From a virus: DNA of 64,000 nucleotides. Shown piece by piece: positions 46,506-57,900 of the stretch. The notes under the pieces were generated by a model. That model did not search any database, was not told the origin of the DNA, and saw nothing but the letters and a program-made list of their open reading frames with translations. A program made the position numbers and the translations under genes. How positions within the stretch are numbered: position 1 is the stretch's first letter; every line of letters starts with the position of its first letter. The DNA lies in the IMG/VR virus record IMGVR_UViG_3300021356_000002, one strand, 5' to 3'.

Positions 46506-47033
46506 TTAAGATGTCGTATTGCTTTCCCAATACTGATACGAGAACGTGATATCAAACGTTTCGATCTGATCTCTCTGATCGTAGTCAAGAGTGATTGGTC
46601 CAACAACCGTTGGAAATGCACCTCTAAACGTGTAACGCTTGATTACAGACTCATCACGATCCAACTGATCTACAAGCAGGTCTGCTTGATAGTCAACTGG
46701 ATTCGTCAAGCCAGTATTTGCACTGTGCGCGTTGATGCCGTTCATCCATCGCTCAAACGAATCACGAATGGTAAAGTCAGTATCGTTAATGATAGTAACA
46801 GTCCAATCTTCGAATGTGCGATCACCCGCAACCTTTAGTTCACGACCGCGAAACGGTACTGCAAACGAGTTGGTTGAAGACTGAGGCAACTGCGCAGTTT
46901 TGCAAAGAAACGATGTCAATTCGACATCGCCTCCTGCGTACGCTGGAAAGTTGAGTGTCGCCTTGAACAGATTTGGTCTAGCGCCACCACCTCTCAGCTT
47001 TGACTTGAAGTCATCTACTCCTAAAATAGCCAT
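46506..47033 (-). CDS. 19: Tail tube protein (gp19)
   Basis: GGARPNLF, FRGRELKVAGDRTFEDWTVT and YQYW. Confidence 0.96.
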   Translation of the reverse strand: MAILGVDDFKSKLRGGGARPNLFKATLNFPAYAGGDVELTSFLCKTAQLPQSSTNSFAVPFRGRELKVAGDRTFEDWTVTIINDTDFTIRDSFERWMNGINAHSANTGLTNPVDYQADLLVDQLDRDESVIKRYTFRGAFPTVVGPITLDYDQRDQIETFDITFSYQYWESNTTS

Positions 47034-47051
47034 TAGTTATTCTCCTTGCGC

Positions 47052-48794
47052 TTAAACCAGTCCAACGACTTCATCAAAGTCTACACCAGTTCTAACTGCT
47101 ACGAAGTTCAGTGTTACGTAGTTGATAGAACGTGCAGGCTTAATAAAGACCGATGCGACAAATTGATTGTTATCAATGATGTTTGGAGTGTTGTTTGTTT
47201 CGTCACACACCACTCTAAAATCAGTGATACCCCGTCGACCCTTAATCTCTCTCAAGAAAGGCTCGATAATATTAACGAATTCCGCACGAGTGAATTCATC
47301 ATTGAATTCGAACATAACGTTCTGTGCGGCGCCTTTGATTGCTCGCTCGATCACCAAGAAGAGGCGACGAACGTTGATGCGATCAAATGCTGAAGGACGA
47401 CCTAACTTAGTCTTATCTCCGTACAACAAGATTCCTTGACCTGGCAAGTTAACAATTGGGTTAACACTGGCTTTATACAAAGTATCTCTTTGAGCCTTAG
47501 CGGGATTGTACGCTAGAGAAGTTACTCCGAAGTATTGTCCTCTCCTAGAGCCTGCTGGCGAGAACCACGGATCTGCATTCAGATCAGTAGATGCCATCAC
47601 ACCCGCTGTTGCGGCTGCGGCAGGAATGTTTACATACTCATCGTTATACTTATCGTATACTTTCAAGTAGTTGCCATCGACAATCAGGTAAGAAGAAGCA
47701 TTTAGCGTATTTGCCCAAGCCGCAGTTGCAGTAGCAATTACACTGGTATTTGAGCCTTGTCCTGTCACAATCGATGAAGGTGGTGAAGTCACAACAACAC
47801 AATCTTTACGTGTTACCGCTTGTGCAGTCAATGTGTTAGCCATTGTTCTACAGTCAGCACTGTCAACAACTTCTGGTGCAACTAAGAAATCCACTTGAAT
47901 TACGTCAGGATCGTTATACTCACCAAAACTGATCAGATAATTGTTTATATCTGGATTAGCCGCTCTACCGCGATCAAGAGAGTAAGTACCAACTTGACCT
48001 GACGCTGAGCCTGTGAACGATGCCGCACTCGTAATTCCTGGGAACGCATCTGACAAGTTAGGTGCCCAAACATACTCGGACTGATTGTTCAGAACGTTTT
48101 GAATAAAGTTAGTTGAACCATTGTCAGTTTTAGCGTCCGTTGCCAGAGAAAGATAAGAATACTTTTCTAGCACTGTTCCTGGCGTTCCTGTGATTTTACC
48201 ATCCTCATCGAGAATGATACAGTGAACTTCGTCGCCAACTTCAGAGTCAGCCGCAAAGCCGTAGCCTGCTACGTTAGCAGATGATCTTGGCGGACCATCA
48301 AACAGTGTAGAGATATCAGCGCCGTCAACAGTCCAGTTGTTAAACGCACTATCAGCTTCGCTATATGGGCACATTGAAATCTTAAGGCTGTTACCTAAAG
48401 TGCCAGGATATTTTGCGATAACATAGTTGTTTAGAGTGGTAATGCTACGCGCATCCCAATCATCACGATTTTTAATCAACACCTGATCAGCACCAGCCGC
48501 GATTGCGTTTTGTGCTGAATCGTCTACGGTACGTGTTACGTACGCGCTACTTGAATACTTCAAAAACATTGAAGCAGAGAGAAAATCCGATACTGCCGCC
48601 GCAGAATCGTTAGAAGGAGATCCAAATTGCGAAGCCAATTCTGCTTCAGTACTTACCAGAATAGGCTGATCGGCTGGACCCCAGTTAAAGTCTCCTACAA
48701 ACGCTCCCGTTGAAGAAGTAACTGCCGGCACTACACCAGACAGATCGAATTCCTTCACGGTAATGTTGGGAGACTCAGATGGTAGTAATGCCAT
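47052..48794 (-). CDS. 18: Tail sheath protein (gp18)
   Basis: SPNITVKEFDLS, PWFSPAG, FDRINVRRLF and IKPARSINY. Confidence 0.97.
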   Translation of the reverse strand: MALLPSESPNITVKEFDLSGVVPAVTSSTGAFVGDFNWGPADQPILVSTEAELASQFGSPSNDSAAAVSDFLSASMFLKYSSSAYVTRTVDDSAQNAIAAGADQVLIKNRDDWDARSITTLNNYVIAKYPGTLGNSLKISMCPYSEADSAFNNWTVDGADISTLFDGPPRSSANVAGYGFAADSEVGDEVHCIILDEDGKITGTPGTVLEKYSYLSLATDAKTDNGSTNFIQNVLNNQSEYVWAPNLSDAFPGITSAASFTGSASGQVGTYSLDRGRAANPDINNYLISFGEYNDPDVIQVDFLVAPEVVDSADCRTMANTLTAQAVTRKDCVVVTSPPSSIVTGQGSNTSVIATATAAWANTLNASSYLIVDGNYLKVYDKYNDEYVNIPAAAATAGVMASTDLNADPWFSPAGSRRGQYFGVTSLAYNPAKAQRDTLYKASVNPIVNLPGQGILLYGDKTKLGRPSAFDRINVRRLFLVIERAIKGAAQNVMFEFNDEFTRAEFVNIIEPFLREIKGRRGITDFRVVCDETNNTPNIIDNNQFVASVFIKPARSINYVTLNFVAVRTGVDFDEVVGLV

Positions 48795-48858
48795 GGTCGT
48801 GTCCTTTTTTTCGTTAATATATGATAAGAGAACATAATACGGATAATTTCAATGTATT

Positions 48859-48866
48859 TATTTATA
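48859..48866 (-). promoter_or_regulatory. Late promoter TATAAATA for gp18
   Basis: Exact consensus. Confidence 0.8.
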
Positions 48867-48879
48867 AATTACCTGTTTT

Positions 48880-50484
48880 TCAGTACGGTTCGTCCCATGT
48901 TAACTGCCAGGGTTCGTACTTCATACGTTCTCTGTCTTCGATCTCTTGAATGGCACTAGACCCATCATCAACAAATCCAAACGGCACTACATCTTCTTCG
49001 ATACGTCTCATCTGCTGTTCAAACATCATCTGCTTAAGATTGATGTCTGTCATGTCTGAGAACATCTGTGTCGATATAAAGTAACCGAGCATCACTAAGT
49101 TCATCATCAAATCGTCATGATTGCCATCAGCGGCTTCGTAAGACTGTCCTTTTGAAACAAACGTAGAAATCTCTAAGATAGTATCATCGTCAACGATATC
49201 TAATTTGTTGTTTTCAAGAAGGTCTTTGATGCCAGAACAACCAAGACGTTTTGTCTTTCGTGTCATTTCAATGCCAACAGCATTTGCTTTGACTGTTGAC
49301 TCCACGTGAACATTTTCGTATTCTAGATCATAATACAAACCTCTACAAACTACGCTACCCTGGTCATTTGATTCAACGATCACATATGCGTTGTTGTAGA
49401 CTTTCGCAAACTTATAGATAATGTCTGGGAAGAGTATTGGAGAAATAGTATTGTTCCGATACACAGCGACCTGTTTGAAGGGTCGCACAGATATATCGAT
49501 TACGTTAAACGTCGAATAGTCCTGTCCTCTTCCTTTTGCTACGTCGACCATCATGAGATATTCGTGATTCTTTGATGTTTCTTCGTAGATTTTTACATCA
49601 CCGCCCTCAAGCATTTTGAGTGGTGGCATTGATCTTAGATTAAGCAGTGTTTCTGCATTGATCAGTGTATCGCCCGTTCCGAAAAACGTATTGCCAAATT
49701 CTTGATCGAACTGCATCTGTGACGTGTTCGAAATTGTCTGCTTCTTCCACTCTTCATCACGTCCTGGCACGTCCCACCAATTAACTGTAAAGGCTTGATA
49801 TTCGTTGATCTTTTGTACAGCGCCTTCCCAGATTTTGTGAAACGTATTACCGATACCGTTAGCGGTAGATGTTATGATAACTTTTGTATCTTTACCAGCA
49901 GAGATTACCGGATATGTCGAGGTATAAAACTCACTAGCTCTTTCAACAAAAGCAAACTCGTCAAGAAACAGTAGATTGACAGACATACCACGAATAGAAC
50001 TGCCTGAAGTAGCAGAAGCAATAATGCGAGAATTATTTGAAAACTCAATACTACCTTTGTTGAGAGCGCGGCAGCCAGGTTGTAAAAAGAAGGGTAAGTT
50101 TTCAAGAGCCAACGTGACCCGTGCAAGCATTTCTCTTGCAGTTGCGCCTTTGTTGGCAAGCACCGCAATCGTTTTCTCAGGATGGAATATAGCGTACCAA
50201 AGTAAGTAAACAACTGACGAAATACTTTTACCAGACTGACGACAAGCCAAGACGATAGAAAACCGATTATCGTTAAAATGGTTGAACATTTTTTCTTGAT
50301 ATGGGTATAGGTCAAAGTTGACAAGTCCTTTATCAAGTGATATAATCTTTACGTAAGTCTTTGCAAAATATGCAGGATCTTTCATGCACTTCGCGTACTC
50401 TAGCACTTCATGCTGAGTCCACTCTTGCTGTACTCCATCACGTTTTACATTGACATTACCTAGATAATGTTCATGGTCACTCAT
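48880..50484 (-). CDS. 17: Terminase large subunit (gp17)
   Basis: RQSGKS, LFLDEFAF, STANG, DVAKG and HDDLMM. Confidence 0.98.
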   Translation of the reverse strand: MSDHEHYLGNVNVKRDGVQQEWTQHEVLEYAKCMKDPAYFAKTYVKIISLDKGLVNFDLYPYQEKMFNHFNDNRFSIVLACRQSGKSISSVVYLLWYAIFHPEKTIAVLANKGATAREMLARVTLALENLPFFLQPGCRALNKGSIEFSNNSRIIASATSGSSIRGMSVNLLFLDEFAFVERASEFYTSTYPVISAGKDTKVIITSTANGIGNTFHKIWEGAVQKINEYQAFTVNWWDVPGRDEEWKKQTISNTSQMQFDQEFGNTFFGTGDTLINAETLLNLRSMPPLKMLEGGDVKIYEETSKNHEYLMMVDVAKGRGQDYSTFNVIDISVRPFKQVAVYRNNTISPILFPDIIYKFAKVYNNAYVIVESNDQGSVVCRGLYYDLEYENVHVESTVKANAVGIEMTRKTKRLGCSGIKDLLENNKLDIVDDDTILEISTFVSKGQSYEAADGNHDDLMMNLVMLGYFISTQMFSDMTDINLKQMMFEQQMRRIEEDVVPFGFVDDGSSAIQEIEDRERMKYEPWQLTWDEPY

Positions 50485-50827
50485 TCGATGGGCTAACATC
50501 AATCACCTTTTCATCTTCGCTTTGTTGCAACAAACGTTGCAGATCAGTAGTACTTCCTATAAAAACATTATTATTGGTAATTGCTTTAGGCTCTTCTTTT
50601 TCTTGCGTTATGTCTTTGGTCTTCTTATTTAGTTCCATCAATTTATCGTTGACATCTGAGATGTTTTTGATCATGTTCGACAGAACTTCAAAAGCTCTAG
50701 GATGTTCAGACTCACGAGCAACCTCAATCATCAGATCGAGTGATTCTCTTCCCTTATCAATCAACTCGTAATAAGTTGAGCGAGAATAATCGTAGTCCGA
50801 TTTAATATTAGGATCATCTTTTTTCAT
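50477..50827 (-). CDS. 16: Terminase small subunit (gp16)
   Basis: DYDYSR, EHPRAFEV and NNNVFIGSTTDLQ. Confidence 0.95.
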   Translation of the reverse strand: MKKDDPNIKSDYDYSRSTYYELIDKGRESLDLMIEVARESEHPRAFEVLSNMIKNISDVNDKLMELNKKTKDITQEKEEPKAITNNNVFIGSTTDLQRLLQQSEDEKVIDVSPSNE

Positions 50828-50840
50828 ACTACGGCCCTAT

Positions 50841-53800
50841 TCAAGCTGGATTCACGTCAATATCAGTTCCAACATACTCAAGTTCTGAGAAGTACGCAAT
50901 ACTTTGAGTGTCGGTGTTTGTCGGATCAGCATCATCAGTTATTGTAAACGATACAAGCATACTCGCTAAACGACTAGTCGGTTGACGTGCAGATGCAATG
51001 AGATCAAATTGTTGAGTACTAGACAGTGATAAGTTTGTTCCGTAACTTCCCACTGCTACACCACCATCGCTTGGAACTCCAGCGCCTTGAATTGTTGCTG
51101 TAATCGTAAAGTTACCAGTCGTTGTCGCCGCTTGATGCCACGTCCCAAGTTTAATGTATTGATCTGGAAGTGGTGTTCCTGGAATAACATTACCTTCACC
51201 GTAGATGCCACCATCAGAACGGAACTGCAATCCAGACACCGCGGTGTTAAGTATCTCATTAGTGTATGCTTTTATGGTCTGTACAGCCCACGTAGTGAAG
51301 GCAGGTTCAAGCTGGAAGTTTACAACAGATTCGTTGCCACCAACAGTGGTATCAGTGATTGTAAATCCTACACTTGCTACTGGAGATGCTGGGCGCGCTT
51401 GATCGTATACAGCCATCGTATACGTGTCATCAATCGTATCATCGTTCGTAGCTGTGACAGTAGTGAATCCACCAACGTTATTGGTCATGGTAAATGTTCT
51501 TTCAGAGCCTGCATCGAAATCTGCTACAGTTTCAGAACTGCCAAACACTAGTCTTGTGTTCTGAACATTTGCTGTTAAGTTTTCACTCATATTAATTTGA
51601 TAGTACAGTATAGAATCACCTAGTGTTACTGCAAATTTACCAGTAACAGTTCCTGGTACATTCGCGTCATTGACGCAAACACTGCCGTTCGGAATATTAA
51701 GGGCTTCTGGATCACTCGTTCTAATTGCAGACTGACCTGAACCAGAGCCACTGCCATCTGTCACAACTACATCGTAGTCTGTGAGATTTGCATAGTACGT
51801 TCCATTAGGAATATTTGTGCCACCAACAGTCCACGTAATTGTATCGCCTTCATCTACAGTTGTGCTAGGTGAAGCGGTAAGCGTCCACGTAGCGGGCGCA
51901 TCTAGTACAGAGAACGTCATTGTGTCAAGCACGTCACCACCGTTACTTGCAAAATCGTTTCGTGATAGATACGCTACACCAAATTGCTCGCCTTCGTATG
52001 TGCCATCAAATATTGGTCTGTTAAAGTCTGCACCACCTTGTGTCGTGAACAAAGTTTTTAACACTTGAGATGCTGGATCAGTTTCAGCAAACGGAACATA
52101 TATCTGTGCGTTGTTTATCCATTTGCTAGACCAAGGACTACCGAGAGCATCTGACTTTTGCAATTCAAAATACAAGTTTTCGTCAACTGCCGCATTCGTC
52201 GTAAAGTTTAATACAAGACTCTCAGTACCTTCTGTAACAGCACTATCACGCACTCCTTCTTGCTCAACAACATACAGGTTATAATCAGTTGCACTAGCAT
52301 CTAGAATTCTTACAGATGCGGACTGAGCGAGTGTTACACCTGAACTGTTCTTAACAATTGCCCAGAAATCTTGTTCGTCTGAATCTTCGTCTTGACCATC
52401 ATCACGAATTAGCAACGAGAACGTTCCTGTTCCACCAGAAACTACCATTCCATTTCCTGTTGATGCTTCATCTCCGTATGGCAATTGCGAAGCGGAATAC
52501 AGTCCTACATTTGTAGGCTCATCGACATCCCACTCGCCTGTGGTGGGATTTAGTTTACCAAAGTCATTTGGCGTTAAGCCTCGTAATCCATCAAAAGTTA
52601 AGAAAGTGTCGAACGTTTGTACTTGCCAATCGAATATTCCATCAGCGCCAGTCGTTGTAAATGTAAACGTTAAAGTCTCACCTTCTGGAACACGTGTTTT
52701 GTTCGGAGTAAGAGTGTAAGTAGCCGCGGCTCCACCACGAATCTGATTTAATGAAGAAACAAGCGGATCGAACACTACAGGATCTGAATGAAGATACGCA
52801 TAAAAAGATTCGTCAGCAGTTTCGGAACTGTCAGCAAAAGCAAGAGATGAACTTGTTCCACTATTGTTTGTTACCGTAATTGAAGCACGTGAGTTTAATC
52901 CTTGTCCAGGAGCTCCTCCATTGCCGGCATACGTTAAGAAATCTAAATTATTTGTGCCGACATTGCCAATCTGAAGATAATAAGTGCCGTCAGCAATGTT
53001 GCTTCCAGACACATCGAATGTAACAGTATCACCTTCATTCGCGGTTGTAGGATTCATCGTAAGATTGTAAATTGGATTTTGATCGAACACGTTGAAACCA
53101 GAAGATGTTGCTACGAGAGCAGGACTGTACTTACTATTTGTAACTTGAAGGAATCCTCCAGTTACACCTCGTCGAATAGTATCAGCCCGAACTTGAATGC
53201 TAAAAGTAGTTGAAGTGCCTGAGTTAAGTGTAAATGATCCAGAAGTTGCAAGCGGACGTGGATCACTAGCTAAAGCGCCAGTAAATTGCCATGTGACTGT
53301 ATCGCCACCATCTTGCGAACTATGATTGATTGTAAATGAAAGAGTATCACCTTCAGTATAGCTCGCCGCGCTCGGTGTAACAGTGAACGTAGCCGCCGTG
53401 TTGTTAATCGCAACAGTTACAGAGTCTTTCTTAATTCCTTCGAACGTCTGAAGTATCACAGCGAAATGTTCTGTGCTTTCTGATACCGTGTCGCCACGAA
53501 TCGGAATAATAATATCACCATCTGAGTAAGACAGGACGTTAGGAGGAGTTGAAGCACCAAGAGTAGGTCTAATATTTACAGGTTGTGGATTATTTGAGTC
53601 GGGCAACGGCGTGACAAAATCAGAGTCAGTTGTCGAAATATGTTTGCCGTACCAGTACAGTGTTGTGCTATTCCACGCTTTTGTGTTAGGGTTACCATTA
53701 TAAAGTGAACCTGAACCATGCGATGCAACAATCAAAAGATCATCACCTTCATCAATAGGATCAAATGGAATCAACTGATATTCTGTAATTACATCATTCA

Positions 53801-54920
53801 ACACTACGCGATCAGACGCAATGGTTCTTTCACCAACATCTTCAACGAATACAGTAAACGCTTCTTGTCCTTCGGTTTCAACACTATCAATGCCTGTTGG
53901 TATTGTAAAGTAACCAAACGCAGGTCCTAACGGACTGTCTTGCTGTAACTGCAAAAATGCTTTACTGCTTCTAAGAGGCACTTCGTACGGTGGCGTATAG
54001 TTGAACGCACCCGCTGAATCGAAATTGTAGAAATCATCTGTTGACGTATCGCTCGCAAGATCGCCACCAGCAGGATCAACGAAATAACGAACCGTTCCTG
54101 TGCCAGCTGGAATGTTCGTGCCGCTAATCTTGTATCTAAAGATTGTTCCTTCTGGAACACTGTCGATATTGCCTGTCAGCGTATTGTATACAGGATCACC
54201 GATGTAGCCTTCACGATAACGTCCCGCACTATCAAGAAAACGAGTTAACTCCCAAACAGGAGAAGGTCGTTGACTTACAGCAGAGTCTTGCATGACAGCG
54301 TTAATTGCTGGAGTAATCACATCGTCAATCGACACTTCAGCGCCGAGATACATGCCTGCTGGATGAGCAAACAGTTTGAAAATATCACGCCATTTCGAAA
54401 TGGGCACGCCGACTCGTATCAACAGAGCGAACGTCTGATACAATTTGTCGTTGGTCAGATATCTCAGTGAATCAGGACCGATTTGCGAAGAGGTGTTGTT
54501 TAATGTGAAAACGTTTTCTTTTGGATAAATTACGTCTGCGTCGAGACCATAGAATGATCTAAAGAACCACTCGATAGCAAACTTGGTACCCTTTGATCTG
54601 AACAGCGTATTCGAAAAGTTAGCCGCCGCTCTTTTCTCAAAGTCTTCTGTGCCGAAGCCTTCGAAGTATGCTTCACCCAAAAGAAACTCGTCCTCAATAA
54701 ACGAGAGAAGAGTGATGTCAGTTTCGTTAATATCACGGACAGCAAAGAGATGATTTAACAACTCATTCGGATCGTTCTGATCTTGCCACTCATAATAATT
54801 TTTTAATAGGTCGATGAACTTAGGATAGAACTGAGCAAAATGTTCAGGCAATACGTTCTCGACCTGCATTTCACGCAGATTAAGTAGTCTTCTTCTTTTA
54901 TCTAAAAATCCATTATGCAT
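50841..54920 (-). CDS. Large virion protein: gp7-like baseplate-wedge N-terminus plus tandem Ig-like (Calx-beta-like) repeats
   Basis: RSKGTKFAIEWFFRSFYG and HPAGMYLGAE in the N-terminus; repeated 'xxEGDTxTF' beta modules follow. Confidence 0.75.
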   Translation of the reverse strand: MHNGFLDKRRRLLNLREMQVENVLPEHFAQFYPKFIDLLKNYYEWQDQNDPNELLNHLFAVRDINETDITLLSFIEDEFLLGEAYFEGFGTEDFEKRAAANFSNTLFRSKGTKFAIEWFFRSFYGLDADVIYPKENVFTLNNTSSQIGPDSLRYLTNDKLYQTFALLIRVGVPISKWRDIFKLFAHPAGMYLGAEVSIDDVITPAINAVMQDSAVSQRPSPVWELTRFLDSAGRYREGYIGDPVYNTLTGNIDSVPEGTIFRYKISGTNIPAGTGTVRYFVDPAGGDLASDTSTDDFYNFDSAGAFNYTPPYEVPLRSSKAFLQLQQDSPLGPAFGYFTIPTGIDSVETEGQEAFTVFVEDVGERTIASDRVVLNDVITEYQLIPFDPIDEGDDLLIVASHGSGSLYNGNPNTKAWNSTTLYWYGKHISTTDSDFVTPLPDSNNPQPVNIRPTLGASTPPNVLSYSDGDIIIPIRGDTVSESTEHFAVILQTFEGIKKDSVTVAINNTAATFTVTPSAASYTEGDTLSFTINHSSQDGGDTVTWQFTGALASDPRPLATSGSFTLNSGTSTTFSIQVRADTIRRGVTGGFLQVTNSKYSPALVATSSGFNVFDQNPIYNLTMNPTTANEGDTVTFDVSGSNIADGTYYLQIGNVGTNNLDFLTYAGNGGAPGQGLNSRASITVTNNSGTSSSLAFADSSETADESFYAYLHSDPVVFDPLVSSLNQIRGGAAATYTLTPNKTRVPEGETLTFTFTTTGADGIFDWQVQTFDTFLTFDGLRGLTPNDFGKLNPTTGEWDVDEPTNVGLYSASQLPYGDEASTGNGMVVSGGTGTFSLLIRDDGQDEDSDEQDFWAIVKNSSGVTLAQSASVRILDASATDYNLYVVEQEGVRDSAVTEGTESLVLNFTTNAAVDENLYFELQKSDALGSPWSSKWINNAQIYVPFAETDPASQVLKTLFTTQGGADFNRPIFDGTYEGEQFGVAYLSRNDFASNGGDVLDTMTFSVLDAPATWTLTASPSTTVDEGDTITWTVGGTNIPNGTYYANLTDYDVVVTDGSGSGSGQSAIRTSDPEALNIPNGSVCVNDANVPGTVTGKFAVTLGDSILYYQINMSENLTANVQNTRLVFGSSETVADFDAGSERTFTMTNNVGGFTTVTATNDDTIDDTYTMAVYDQARPASPVASVGFTITDTTVGGNESVVNFQLEPAFTTWAVQTIKAYTNEILNTAVSGLQFRSDGGIYGEGNVIPGTPLPDQYIKLGTWHQAATTTGNFTITATIQGAGVPSDGGVAVGSYGTNLSLSSTQQFDLIASARQPTSRLASMLVSFTITDDADPTNTDTQSIAYFSELEYVGTDIDVNPA

Positions 54921-57900
54921 TTAACTGTAAGCACCTGTGAAAGTCGATGTGAACGTGCCGATGTATCCTTCTAGACTAATACCGGCATAATCACCCACAT
55001 AGCTTGTAGCCCCGGCAGATACAATATTTATAGTGCCTACCATTCCGCTATGGAATTGACAGATATAGTACAACGTGCTTGGCGCTGAAGAGTCTACTGC
55101 AAACGTCAACGTACCTGTTTGTGCACCATTGTTAGTCACACCAGTATTGAACTGATCACCAGTTCCAGTATTTGGTGCTGTCTTAATCCAGAACGGATGA
55201 CCGCTTACGCTTAAGTTGAATGTGTATGTGGTGCCTCTTTCAAGTGTCAACGTTGGATTCGACGCACTATCAATAATGTAGTTAGAAGCACCATTGTTGG
55301 TTACGTTCATCGAAGTGTTCGATCCGCCAACATAAGTTGCACCTGCATAAGTTGCACCGGTATAGTTGCCTACGTAAGTCTGAACAAAGGTGCCTATGTA
55401 GTCTCCCGCATATATGTTAGGCGAACCTTCACCCACAAATTCATCAGTAAATGAAGTTGCATATTCTCCAATGTAACTGACTGTGTAAGTTTGATTATAG
55501 CTTCCCGCCCCACCGCTGAGATATGATGGTACATAAGATCCAAGATAAGTCGTTTGTATAATATCTCCGCCACCACTATCGATAGATTGATAATCGGCAA
55601 CGTAGGCAAGTGGCGCACCTCCTACGTAGGTCGCGGCACTGTCGCCCGTATAGGAAAGTACTTCATAATTAGTTAGATAAGAGCCATCGTAAGCGCCTAA
55701 ATAGATAGAGGCATATAATTCAGTTCCAGCTTTCACATAGGATGTCTCATATGTTACCTCGCCACTGTAATCTGCTTGCAGGCCTGGAAACTCAGGATCT
55801 GGCGGGTCCAATGGACCCTCGTAATTCAAAGTTGTGGTGTAACCTGCCAAATAATCTTGCGTATATGTACTCGACGCAGAATCAACATACACAGCCGCGA
55901 AAGCGCCGGTGTAAGAACCATCATAAGCAGTAGTGTATGATGTTTCACCGCTAATGTAGTTACTGAGATATGATGTTAGAGTACCGGAGTCAGCGGTCTC
56001 TGATATGTAAGCGCCTACATATGGCGCGGCCGTAAACGCTGTTCCTGCACTATCACCGCCAGTGTATCCAGATACGTAATCGCCAATATAATTTCCTGCA
56101 TATGCGGCTATGAAGTCACCTATATACCCACCGAGATATGCTGGCGAATAGTCTAGACCACTGCTGTCGTTGATATATGTTTCAACGGTTGTATAATCAG
56201 CGGCGCCAGTGTATGTCAGCAATGCTTCAGCAGGCGCTTCAATAGGCGGTGCTGAAGGATAAAGCACGTCTCCTATGCTTCTTCTTGTTTTAACAACTCT
56301 AGTTCTTGGCCAAATTAAACCTGAAGTTGGTCTTTCTTTGTCATTAACTTTTGGAACTGTAACACCCGATACGTATCGCTCTTCTTTGTAGCGAAGATAA
56401 TAGTTAGGCGTGTTTTTTAAATCCGTTGTCAGTGCTTGCAAAGCTGGATAACTATAAGTGGTAACATCACCCCAGTCCAGAGATGAATCAAACATTATGT
56501 CTTTAAAAGCATTACCTTGAAGATACGCTTTTGCTTCGGCTTGCGTTAAATCAGGATTGTTTTGCAAAGCACAAGCGAGTGCACCTGTGACTTGTGGTGA
56601 CGCCATGCTTGTACCGCTAATCTTGGCTAGCCAAGCACTTCCTATTGCTCGGTCGTCGCCGATAGTATCATCGTAAATGCCATCAAAACGAACCGAACTC
56701 ATAATTTCGTTGCCGGGTGCAAAAATGTCTGTCCGCGGACCAAAACTACTTGAAAAGTCTCTCTGATTGTTTGAGTAAATTGATGCATTACCCACACAGA
56801 TAGATGCGATACCAGGCGGTGAACCTCGATGATAAAAGACCGCAGAGTCTCCGCCCTGATAGTATGCGCGTACACCGCCTAAAGTCTTGTCTTTAAGATA
56901 GTATTTGTTATTATAATCTGGTCCATTTTCAGAGTCTAGATATTGACTATTGTTACCAGCAGAAGACACCACAATGATGCCATCTTCAATACAATCCAAA
57001 GTCTGCTGTTTCGGCGATTCGAACATCCAACTAACATTCGATGTACGTGCGTCAGGAATTCCTGCTCTGTCATTTAGCGATAGCCCAGCATCACGAAAAG
57101 CGCGTGTGAGTGCCCAGTAAGCGGGCAAGCCAAGGTTATATACTTGCGCGTCTGTAAAAGGTGCGCTATACTCTGTGCCGCGATATACAATTCTTTCAAT
57201 CTCATTCGAATAGTCTGAAATTGTACCGCCATAACTACCATAGTTATAGCCCCAACTGTTGTTGATGATTGTGGGATTTTTGCGACCAGTTTCTGGATTA
57301 ACTGCCTTGTTTCTGTGAAATGCACGTACGTAATCTAACACATAACTAGAACTGATACCAGTTGATGACCAGTTGTAATTAGTACTATAAGGACTGATCG
57401 AATAAAGATTGGCTTTTCTTGCCCAGCCTTGTCTATTACCGGCAACAGTACCCATCACGTGTGTACCGTGATTGTTATTCGACGAATCACCTAAGACATT
57501 TGTAGTGTAGTCGTAAGTACCGTTAGAATAAGTGCCGCCAGTAACTGAGTCAGTATGCTGAAACCAGTTATATTGAATAATTCGCGATCCACCAGAACCA
57601 TCAGTATTGACAGCAAATTCTGGATGATCGAGGCTGGGAATACCATCAACGACAACGACATCAACGTTAACGCCTTCTGCATTAAGTGTTACTGTGCCTG
57701 AGTCAGCATACGTGGCTGTACTAGTAAAATTAGATAGAGGAACACCAGAACTTGACGTTACTGACTGACTTTGCGTAGATTGCCATAAGCCCCAGTTTCT
57801 TTGAGTAAAAGAAGCGGCGCTTCGATCTTTTCGCCAGTATGAACTGGTTTGTTCCCAATGAGGCTCGGCAACAATGTTATGTTGCTCAAGTGCAGGCTCA